Source of the DNA: Pelomyxa schiedti
Taxonomy: Eukaryota; Protista; Evosea
Length of the DNA: 40,561 bases
Direction: 5' to 3'
NCBI GenBank assembly: GCA_020536535.1
Contig: JAHLWZ010000387.1
Coordinates: 1-40,561 of the forward strand
In this document: in pieces, positions 1 to 10,352 of the stretch
Numbering within the stretch: position 1 is the stretch's first letter
Layout of the letters: every line of letters begins with the position of its first letter
Notes under the pieces: generated by a model
Databases searched by the model: none
What the model was told of the DNA's origin: nothing
Seen by the model: only the letters and a program-made list of their open reading frames with translations
Translations under genes and position numbers: made by a program

Positions 1-46
1 TTGGTGGCGCAAGAGGAAGTTCGACTACCGGCCTGTCAATGAATAA
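1..46 (+). CDS. 3' end of a second copy of the PQ-loop transporter gene (partial, enters from window edge)
   Basis: Nt 1-46 are identical to 16966-17011, encoding ...WWRKRKFDYRPVNE* (TAA 44-46). Confidence 0.8.
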   Translation, partial: WWRKRKFDYRPVNE

Positions 47-267
47 AGGCAAAAGAATTTATTGTTCAGAACAGTAGTAACTACTACAAAAAATACAGGG
101 GTCCAACCCCTGGACCAGGACAGTCATACAACCATTTAAAGTTGGCAAGTTGCTTTCAAGGGTTTTTGGCTGAATAAAATAATCAACGGACCGGAACGCT
201 GTCATTTTCGTTATCGTCGCTCAGGCTCGGCGGTTGTTCAACAACAAACATTCCACATAATTAAGAG

Positions 268-596
268 ATGGGCGGGTACTTCAGTAGCAGTACAACGGAC
301 ACGCCGAAGGTACCCTCACAGGAACAGCCACAGCAACGAGAACGGCCACTACGCTGTGACCTCGTGAGGAAAACAAACCCGGTGGCACGACCGTCGCCAG
401 CATCATCCGACGACGTGACCGAGCTGCGGGTCGCGGTGGTGGGATACTCGTGGCGGTTCCTCAGCGACCCAGTGCTTTTGGCTATGAGCAAGGAATCGGC
501 GGGCCGGCAGCCCTTCAACGCCGGCGGCATTTCGCCCCTGGTTGTGACTTGCAAGGGCCCCCCCGACCCTGAGCCGGACTATTACAGCGGCCCCGT
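268..596 (+). CDS. 5' part of a paralog/allele of the MG-initiated degenerate Ras-like protein at 17263, truncated by the gap
   Basis: MGGYFSSSTTDTPKVPSQ... is almost identical to ORF 17263 (K/N, RP/PR and L/F differences). Confidence 0.8.
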
Positions 597-696
597 NNNN
601 NNNNNNNNNNNNNNNNNNNNNNNNNNNNNNNNNNNNNNNNNNNNNNNNNNNNNNNNNNNNNNNNNNNNNNNNNNNNNNNNNNNNNNNNNNNNNNNN
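597..696. other. Scaffold gap (100 N, probably arbitrary size)
   Basis: Run of exactly 100 Ns, with unrelated truncated genes on each side. Confidence 0.97.
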
Positions 697-1602
697 TGGC
701 ATGCCTTCACTTGTTGGGGAATTGCAAGAATGGCTCCTTGTTTTGAGACGAGGATTGAATAAGCGTCGTATGGCAATTGTGAACTGGCTGCGTTGGCAAA
801 TTGCACCAAACTGGTGATCAGAATATCAATACCAGTGACTCCCAGAAAGTCACCGTTGGAAACGCTTCTCACTTGAGTGAGAAGTGAGACCATCCACGCA
901 TTTGACAAAATGTCGAGGTAAGGTTCACACCAAACCTGCCCTCCTCCGGGATTGTTCTCTGGCATTGCTGGGTAATAATAGATTTGATCCTCCACCCTCC
1001 AGAACGGGGGCACATTGTAGGCAACTATGTCGTACCAGGGATAGCACCTTATAAAGCCAACCGCAAGACATGTGTATACATTCACAATATTCGGCCACAG
1101 CTGCATCATCTGTGCCGCCAGGTCATCAGTACTTCCAGTCCTCCAGAAGAAATACTCAATCTGTTCCTCTGACAACGGATCCTGTTGGGAGCAAATTACT
1201 TACCGACCACAAGAAAAAAAAAAATATATATATGCCTACTGTTGTCAACCAGTGAGCAGCACTGCCACCGTAAGATGGGAACGTGACGTACGTTGTCCAG
1301 TTCCAATACGAATTCGTGCGCCATTCATAGCTTGCCAGTTCTTCGGCAGGCGGAGTGCGAGGAGTCTGGAGAGATTTAGAGAAGCTGAGAGCCATCAATT
1401 CGGCAGGTTTCTGGTGGCGTGATAGGAGATGCGACACCATCAGGGCACTTTTGGATGTTTTCAACAGGAAGGAAGCGACTCCAACGTCGTACAACTCATC
1501 GTATGTCTTAAACTGAGTGTACGAGGCATACAACACAGCTGAAAAAATGGCAGCGGTAATAACACCAGTGAAGCACACGGCAATCACGTCTGATCTTCGC
1601 AT
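697..1602 (-). CDS. Membrane-anchored Cache (dCache-like) sensor-domain protein, 3' end lost in gap; one intron (~1182-1239)
   Basis: N-terminal hydrophobic helix (VIAVCFTGVITAAIFSAVLY). Splice AAHWLTT|DPLSEEQ joins the two ORFs. Cache-type motifs YYYPA...VWCEPYLD...MVSLLTQV...FLGVTGIDI and YSILVSKQGAILAIP. Confidence 0.7.
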
Positions 1603-1908
1603 TTCCCCACCCTTTTGGTTGGTTAGCCGCCCCAGGCACCAGATCCCGTCCCACTTTGTTGTGTCAAATGTCACTTTTCGTTCCTCGTTTTGGACTAGTT
1701 CCATTATACAAAAAAATGTCAGTTTAGAAGAAGTCGTTGTCCTTCTGGCACACAGATACGGAAATTCGTCCTTATTGGTGTTTTGTACCTTCACAAATAT
1801 CAAAGAACTGCAAGTCACTCGACGGGAAGAAAACTCGCTTCCTTTTATTTATTTTGTTCAGTTTGTTATGTTGCTGTGTTGTGCTTGTGTGGGTGTATCT
1901 CATATCTA

Positions 1909-3189
1909 TTACTCGTGGCTGGTGTTAGCCTCGTCTGATTCCAGTACAGCCTTTCTGAGTGCTGCTGCGGTGTTGGGGGTGGCTGCGGCCGCTAGTGCTG
2001 ACGAGGATGCGGAGCCGAACTTCCACTTCTCGCGGACTCCCACTGGGTTGGTGAGTGGCTTCCCGCTCCCAACTACACCTACTTTGCCTTCAGGTGTGTC
2101 CGGTGACTTGAATATGCTCTCCTTTGGTGCCTTTTTCGAGGCGACTGAGTGTTGTTTTGTGAGGAAGTTTTGCCACTGCATCTTCTTGCTGTCACCTTCG
2201 TCTTCCAGCTTCTTTAAACTAGTTTGCGGTAAGTCTTTTCGTTTTTGTGATAAGTAACGATGCCAAACCGGTTTTGTGACTTGATAGCATGGATTTTCCT
2301 CTTCTTCACTTTTCTCTCTTGTGGTGTATCATTAGGGTATATCTTTAGTGATTTTGGAATTTCGCGGTACTGCGGTGCAGTTGTGCTCGGAGTGGTAGAA
2401 GGATACTTCCTTACTTTACCAGCTTTCTTTCTACTTAGATGTTAGTTTTAGTTCTACGTGTAACACCGGGACTGCACCCTTTTTTCGAGAGTGGTCGAAC
2501 TGATGATGGTGGCAACGTCTGGAGTCCATGAGGACTACTGGCAGTTGCACCAGAAAATGAAACCACGTAATTACCGTCGTCACAAACTTCTTGAACCACT
2601 GCTTTTTTCCAACTTTCATCTGTGTTGAAGTCACTCGTTTTACTTCAGAATACTCATACCGGCTGCTAATGCTTCACATTCCGCTCCGACCGTAAGTACA
2701 AGAGAAGCATAAGCGGCTTCAACTTCATCGTCTCGCGTACTTGACTTGGGGTCTGTGGGAGTTGTTGAGGATGTGGTTGTGGTGCTGGTTGTTTGGTTAA
2801 GTGCTGCAGCAGCAGCTGCATTTGCAGTGACAGTTGCAGCGCACTCGACCTATTTGGTGTTATGCTGGGAGGAAAGGGGGAAATTGAGGCCAAAGGAAAA
2901 AAGAATGGGAGAGTTGCGCTGCAATCTCGTGTAGAGCGAACTGTAAGTGCATCCGTGAGTAGGAACAAACAGAAAGCACACCTGAAGTAATTCTTTCGTG
3001 AGTTTGATAACATCGAGAAGTTCCTCTCTCGCTTTCAAAAGATCGTCATTATGCGGGTCAGAAACGATTGCCTGCTCCACCTACCAAAAAAAAAAAAAAA
3101 TCTTGAGCAAAAAACAGCCAGTGACAGCCACACGCAACCTGTTGCAACCCGCTCTCGTAAACCGACAGTTTCCCCTGTAACCCCTCCAT
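1909..3189 (-). CDS. SMNDC1: Survival-of-motor-neuron-related splicing factor 30 (Tudor domain), spliced
   Basis: N-term MEGLQGKLSVYESGLQQV|EQAIVSDPHNDDLLKAREELLDVIKLTKELL and C-term WQNFL...ESIFKSPDTPEGKVGVVGSGK are characteristic of SPF30. A Tudor-like exon lies near 2500-2690. Confidence 0.85.
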
Positions 3190-3430
3190 TCTTTTGTGCT
3201 CAGTGTCTGGGTTTCGGCACCACGGGTGGTAACTGCGCAGCACCTTCCCCAATTTTTTTTTTCTTTTGTTTTTTGGCAAATCGAGATCTTTTCGAAGGGA
3301 GATCTGGTCCTGAAGGAGAAAAAAAAAAATCGCGAGGGTCTCTGAGACCAAGGCCGTGTTGTGTGAGGGAGAGCCGATGCAGAGCGGATCCGGAGCAGCG
3401 AAACCCAACAGTACTTCTAGTGCACGTAAA
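3190..3430. promoter_or_regulatory. Probable bidirectional promoter between SPF30 and RPC2
   Basis: 241-bp head-to-head intergenic interval between the two inferred ATGs. No specific motif identified. Confidence 0.5.
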
Positions 3431-6400
3431 ATGAGTCAAGGCGGGGCCACCGGAAACGCGACTGACGATGTTGTTGTGCTGCCTTCTCCCGACGCCGGTG
3501 CGAAGGTGAAGCAGGACAGCCCTGGTAGTGGCGACGACGACGATGTGGTGGTCGTGGATGCTCCATCCAAAGGTCCGCTTCAGGAAGGCGTCAAATCGTG
3601 CCCCCCTTCCGCCCCTGCTGAGAATCCCCCGTCTGGTTCTTCTTCGTCTGCGTCGAAGCCAGCAAGTTGGCCAGATACGACGTTTATAGAATCGACATCC
3701 AAAGAGATCTTTCCAGGGTGCTCCATTCAGGATCTTTCTGCCCCAGTTGCTACTCTAGAGGTTGCTTACGAAAAAAAAGAAAAAAAAAAAAAAAGCATTA
3801 AGAACTTATTGTCACTCAGGACAAATGGAAGCTGCTCCCTGCATACTTAAAAGGTACTTATTTTGTTTCTGCTCCTTTCAAATAAACGTTTCTTCAGTGA
3901 GAGGACTTGTGAAGCAGCATATTGATTCTTTCAACTACTTCATCAACGTTGACACCCTACTCCCTCAAACCAACTAACAAACAAACAACAGGTTGAAATT
4001 AAGAAAATTGTTATGGCAAACCAGTTGGTCACAGCTGAAAATGATCCAGGTAGTCAATTTCCCCCTATCAATGATTAACACCTTCCAGAGTTTTATTTAA
4101 AGTACTTCGATGTGCGAGTATGCACACTCTCTTCTCCATTTTCAAATATTTACCTATTAATAGGTTTTACCTCCATCTATTGATGTATGCACTGAAATTT
4201 CTGTGTCAGTTGTTAATCTTTGTAGGAGGACATGGGACAGCCATCTATCACTCCTAATCAATGTCGTTTACGAAGCATCACATACTCCTGTATTTGATAC
4301 CCACCCATAGGGCTCACTTATCTAATTCTAATTAGCACCCATTGTTGTTGACATTGCATATATACGTGCACATCAGAGAGTTGCACGAAAAGGTGTACAA
4401 ATTGGTCGCATTCCAATAATGCTCAGGTAGGAACTCCTCAGTCAACAATATGAAATCAAATTTATGTTCCAATCAGATCAAGTCACTGTATTTTAGCAAA
4501 TGAGACCCCAGACGAAATGACCAAAAATGGTGAATGCCCTCTTGACCCAGGTTTCGTACCAAACATCACATATGCGACTTAACAGGAAAAAAGGAGGATA
4601 TTTCATCATCAAAGGTGTAGAGAAAGTAATGCTCATTCAAGAACAAATGGCCAAAAACAGAATAATAATTGACAAAAACAGCAAAGGCTTTTTTTGTGCT
4701 GATGTCACCAGGTGAGGCCCATAACCTCACGAAATGTCTCTGATATATGTAGCTCATCACATGAAACAAAGAGCCGAACAACAGTTTACCTCAAAAAGGG
4801 AAGATTCTTACTGAAACAAGCTACATTCACTGAAGGTAATCATTTGAACACAAACAAATACTAAAAGAAGGCAAAAGATATCCCACTGATGGTTATTGTA
4901 AAGGTTGATATAGCTGGATTGGTAATTTATCCCCTCCCACTTACATTTTGACAGGGCATGGGTATTGTTGCAGACCAGGAGTTTGCACAGGTGTGTCGGT
5001 ATTTTAAATATTGACTTCTAATTACCCCTCAGTTGGTTGGTGGCATAGAGGGGCTATATGGCTCTATTTCAGAGTGCGGGCTCTTGGGGATATATTCTGA
5101 AGTCCAAGCACTTAATTACATAGCAAACAAGTTGAAAGCTCATAATAGGTGTGTAATGTGGTCGTTATACTTTTGTTTTTAATTCTACTTTTAGAGCTGG
5201 TTCAGGGTTTGTTTCACAACGTAGTGAGTCAACAAATGCTCGAAGCAAGGTTCTCCCCCATTACTTGTACTAGCCACTACAAACAAACACCAGACAGAAC
5301 ATGCGCGAGATGTACTGGCAAGCCTTGTCTTGTCACATATTCCAGTTAAAAAATACAATTTCCGTGTCAAGGTGCCCCCACCTTCCAGAAAACTGAGTTT
5401 AATCTTAAACAGATACTATACCTTGCCCTGATGGTGAGGTGGGTACTCGCAGCAGTAGACAAGTCAAAATTGGATGACAAGGACTACTATGGAAATAAGA
5501 GACTTGAACTGTACCTCTCTTGTTGACTCTTCTATTACTAACAAGGCCCAAAAAGTGCTGGAAGTTTAATATCGCTACTTTTTGAAGATGCTTTCAAGCG
5601 TATGAATACTGAGTTACAACGTGCCGCTGACCTAGAGCTGGGTAAAACTAACCGCGCCGAAGCCTTTGATGCTTGTGTGGAGATAAACTTTTTTTTTTCT
5701 TTTGCTCACTTCTACTTTCTTCAGCTAGATGCATTCAATCCACAATCATCACCAATGCCATGACACACGCCATTCAATCAGGGAACTGGGTAATAAAACG
5801 CTTTAAAATGAACAGAGCTGGTATCACTCAGGTCAACTTGCACCAGTTCCAACCGCAGTCTTAATTTCGACAGGTACTATCAAGACTATCGTATATAGCT
5901 TGCCTTGGCATGATGACAAGAATAACCAGTCAGTTTGAGAAAACAAGAAAAGTCAGTGGACCTCGCGCTTTACAGGTAGGCAGATTGCTTACAGGCATGA
6001 ACAGGCACCAATAGTTATTAGGCGAGTCAATGGGGATTACTTTGCCCTTCCGACACACCAGAGGGTGAATCCTGTGGTTTGGTCAAAAATCTTGCCTTGC
6101 TCACCCATGTAACAACTGATGACCACAATAGCCCTATACGCACACTTTGTTACAATATGGGTGTCCAAGGTATTCCTCCTTCCTAGAATAGTTTTAAATT
6201 CAAAGTGAGCCTAGACGTGAACTACCTAACTGGCCGCGAAATTCATGCACCGGATAGTTATATCGTCTTTCACAATGGTCAAATTTTGGGCATTCACAAC
6301 AATCCTCTCTGGCTCCAAAAAACAATTAGATTACTCCGAAGAAAGGGCAGAGTAAGTAAGACATTCAAGTGGAGTTTTCTTAACACGTTGAAAGGTTGGC

Positions 6401-8898
6401 GAGCAAGTCTCTGTTTACACAAATACATCGCAAAAGGTCGTTCACATTGCTTCCGATGCTGGTCGAGCTTGTAGGCCCCTGATTATTGTGGAAAATGGGA
6501 GACCATTGGTTACCAACAAGCACATCGAGGTATGTTTCCCTATTTTGAGATCATTTCTTTTCCCTAATCCCCGATTCCTTTTTTAGCAACTCAATGAAGG
6601 ATTTCGCAACTTTAATGACTTCGTCATTGATGGTCCTTCTTATTGTCTGTTCGCGGGTTCCATCTAATAGGAAACAGGATTGATAGAATTTCTCGATGCA
6701 AATGAAGAAAATGACTCGCTGATAGCAGTCTACGAAAAAGATATTACTCCCAAGACAACGCACCTTGAGATTGACCCTCTTTCCATCCTTGGAGTTGTTG
6801 CTGGGCTGATCCCATATCCTCACCACAATCAAAGTCCTAGGAACACGTAACTTCACTTCCCCTTATCCTCATTTAACACTTGATCAGATATCAATGTGCT
6901 ATGGGTAAACAAGCCATGGGCGCGATGGGATTTAACCAGTTCTCGCGAATTGACACCATTCAGGTACTTTGAGATTCTCCTTCCACAACTTATGTTCAAC
7001 AGTATTTACTTGTGTACCCTCAAGTCCCCATGGTGAGAACACGAACTATTGATATGGTTCAATTTGATAAGGTTTGTAATTCACAACCATTTATACCCTT
7101 GCACATATTCCTTAAGCTATCAGCTGGGCACAATGCAACAGTTGCGGTAATGAGCTACTCCGGATATGATATTGAAGATGCCGTACGTTCATTCTTCCAA
7201 CCTACATACCCTCAACTTTCACTAGATTATTTTGAACAAAGCTTCGCTTGACAGAGGATTTGGCAGGTGCATGACAAGGAGGAGATATGAAACATCTCTG
7301 AAGACATTTCCAAATCAGACGTACTTCAATCCTCCCTTTCTCACTTTCTCATCGACAAACGTGGATTTTTCGTTGTATGATGAAGTGTGGAGCGTCTAAT
7401 GTTCCCACGTGTTGAAGACATTGGCAACAACCCGAAGCGGTTTGCATCCCTGGATTCTGATGGTATATGCCAGCCAGGCGAAAAACTCAACCAGTACGAT
7501 GTCTATGTAAATAAATACAGCCCGCCTCCATCTCCCTCAAACGAAACAGTAGCAAATCCAGACTTAATCCCAATGTCAGGTTATATGCTTTCAGTCAAAA
7601 AAAAAGACAGTTCTCACGTTTTTCCAGTGTACAAACACAGTCCTCTTACCTACAAATCAGCTGCTGATGCTATTGTTGACCAAGTAGTTGTCAGTTCGAA
7701 TGATGAAGAGAAAGTTTTAATCAAGGTTATTCTTTGTTCGATTTTACTTTCTTTTCTGGTCTTTTTCCAACTTGCCTTGTAGGTATGCCTGCGGGTACCT
7801 CGGCGTCCAGAACTGGGTGACAAGTTCAGCAGCAGACATGGTCAAAAAGGTGTTACAGGCCTCATTGTACGCCAAGATGATTTGCCATTTAACCGTGAAG
7901 GTACCTCTAGCTGCATAACAAACATTTCAACCATATACAAGGTATATCACCTGATCTTATCATGAATCCACATGGTTTCCCCAGTCGTATGACTGTCGGT
8001 TGTACCCTAATCCTCATTCTGTCTCTAAACTGCAGACAGGGAAAATGATCGAACTTATTGCTGGAAAGGCTGGTGTATTGGAAGGCAAGTTTAAATATGG
8101 CACTGTACACCTTCGCTTTCATGAGACTTCGAGTTCATTTTGTATAGGCTTTTGGAGGGGATAGAGTTGAAGATATATCGAGAATCCTGGTTAAACATGG
8201 GTTCAACTATGGCGGGAAGGATCTCCTCACTTCAGGTGTGCGATATTCTTCCTGTTCTACTTTAGTAATTGGCACAGGCATCACGGGCAGACCTCTATCT
8301 GCTTATGTTTTCTTTGGGCCGGTGTTCTATCAGAAGCTCAAGCACATGTAATCAGTCTCTTATCCTAATAAATAAATTCATATTTCTCACACTGATAACT
8401 GTCCCAGGGTTTTAGATAAAATGCATGCCAGAGCAAGGTTAGTAGTGTTCTTTCACAGATCCATGTATAACACCCTGGCAGAGGACCAAGGACAATGTTG
8501 ACACGACAACCAACAGAGGGTCGCTCAAGAGACGGCGGCCTTCGTCTTGGTGAGATGGAGCGCGATTGTCTAATCGGTACTGGGATTTATGGTGCAGCGC
8601 GGTATTTAACCATTTCACAGGTTACGGTGCTAGCTCCCTTATTTTGGAGCGACTGATGATTTCTTCAGATCAGTTCCTCATCAACGTTTGTGAGGTATTT
8701 GACCAGAACACCGTAACTATTTTCTAACATCCACAAACATTCCAGACCTGTGGCATAATAGCACAGAAAAACTGGTGCCAGTACTGCAAATCGGCAGGCA
8801 ACATCTCCTGCATGCAAATCCCGTACGCCTGCAAGCTGTTGTTCCAAGAGCTCCATTCCATGAACATTGTGCCGAGACTCACCCTCATCGACCAGTAA
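3431..8898 (+). CDS. RPC2: DNA-directed RNA polymerase III second-largest subunit, ~40 exons
   Basis: Manual splicing gives an open frame with [35 protein letters not shown] (Pol III-type N-terminus), [85 protein letters not shown] and [11 protein letters not shown]; stop TAA at 8896-8898. Confidence 0.97.
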
Positions 8899-10352
8899 AC
8901 ATTACCCTCTGCCCACTCAAACTTCGCGTTCCCTGTTGCTTCCCCACGCATGAGAAAAACGCCTTGGCTAGTTCACCAAAGCACTTGAATAGAATCAAAT
9001 CCGTAAAAGAATGAAAACCATGGCGGTGATGGTGCGGCTCTACGCCGCTGCTGAAAAAAGCCGAATTGCCAGTATCCATCCCACAATTTGTTTTTTTTTC
9101 CCCTTCGTGGTGTGTATCCTTCATGACGATGGTTCCCCAGCAATCGTGACTGCTTGTGTGGTGGGTTCATTGATACCGCACATCATTTATGGCCACTTGG
9201 TGTGGAAGTACGTTGCTTTACAGCAGAATGGTACAGGTAAATGAAAAAAGTGTGTTATAATATAAACAACCATTATTCCCTTAACCAACACTGTACACAC
9301 ACAAAGGCATTGAATTCAACCCCAGGGAACATGGCAATTAAATTCCGCCAGACTCATTTTCACTGGTTGGGCACTGTCCACCTTGCTGCGGGATGCTCTC
9401 ACAACTCATTTTTTACTCACTCAACTGTCCACCTTTCGGCAAAATGCTATAACAACTACATTCGCACTCCACATGCCAGGTATCCATTACATTGTATTTC
9501 ACATAACCACACTCGACTCACACAGAAAAAACACAATTCTGCTGAGATCGGATCCGCATCAGAATGGACTCCGCATGACATTCACTCTCCCCATCACCAA
9601 ACCACGCATTACAAGTGACTCTAGTCCAAGACCTCTGGCCTTTGTATCTCCACAAAAAAACCTTAAAATAAACAACAACCACACATTCTCTTCCTTCTCT
9701 GTCACTGCGGAAAAAAGAAACTTGGTTTTTGGCAAAAAAGTGCTATTTGTACAATTATTGCTGGCACTTGGCAAGGATTGGGCTGCTGGTGGTGGTATTT
9801 TGGGGGGCTTGTGTCTCCATGACCAACAGGCTGCTGGGGGATTTGCACGAGAGTCAAATTGGGGGGGTGGCTCGAATTGGGGATTGCACTTGATACTCCA
9901 TGAGAACCCACCCAACAACCCCCCATTGGCACCCAGTCCTCCGCGGGGGATTCCCAGCCCAGTTGGGTTTGGTCTGGGAATGTGTTCGGGGTTTCCAAAC
10001 ACCCACCGCGGTACTTTGGTGCCAAACTCGGGGGAAGGGTTCTCGTGGGGTGAGCCCAGCCCGGCCAATCTTCTTCTCTGTGGGTGTGCAACGCGCAGCC
10101 ACTTGAAATGGTCATCAGAGATCATACTGAACTTGAACCACCGGGGATGGGAGGGATTTGCCGGAACTCAGTGAAGATGAAGTACAAGTGGGCAAGAGGT
10201 TCCGGGAATCATCGTGGATCAGGTGAGCAGCTGTGAATTGGTGAGTTGGGAGAAAAAAAAAGCATGCAAGGTGTGCATTGCAATACCTTGCGTCCGGCTG
10301 CTGCTGACTCTGGCTGATTTTTTATTTTGGCTCTCAAATCAGATGGCTTGCT

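Larger units (their letters stand above)
1..596 (+). repeat. Copy 1 of a near-identical duplication (partner 16966-17591)
   Basis: 1-150 matches 16966-17115 with one mismatch. 234-596 matches 17229-17591 with a few substitutions. The middle segments are unrelated. Confidence 0.95.

Noticed and set aside
74-116. Small hairpins in the PQ-loop 3' UTR (caggggt-cca-acccctg and an alternative ggtcca/tggacc pairing)
   Set aside because: Stems of 5-7 bp are expected by chance, and their presence in both copies only reflects the recent duplication.
268-1175. ORFs reading through the N run, suggesting fusions
   Set aside because: Artefact of translating across the scaffold gap; the two sides are unrelated genes on opposite strands.
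3431-8898. Fragmented ORFs suggesting an alternative genetic code, frameshifting or non-canonical introns
   Set aside because: All breaks resolve with ordinary GT-AG introns under the standard code.
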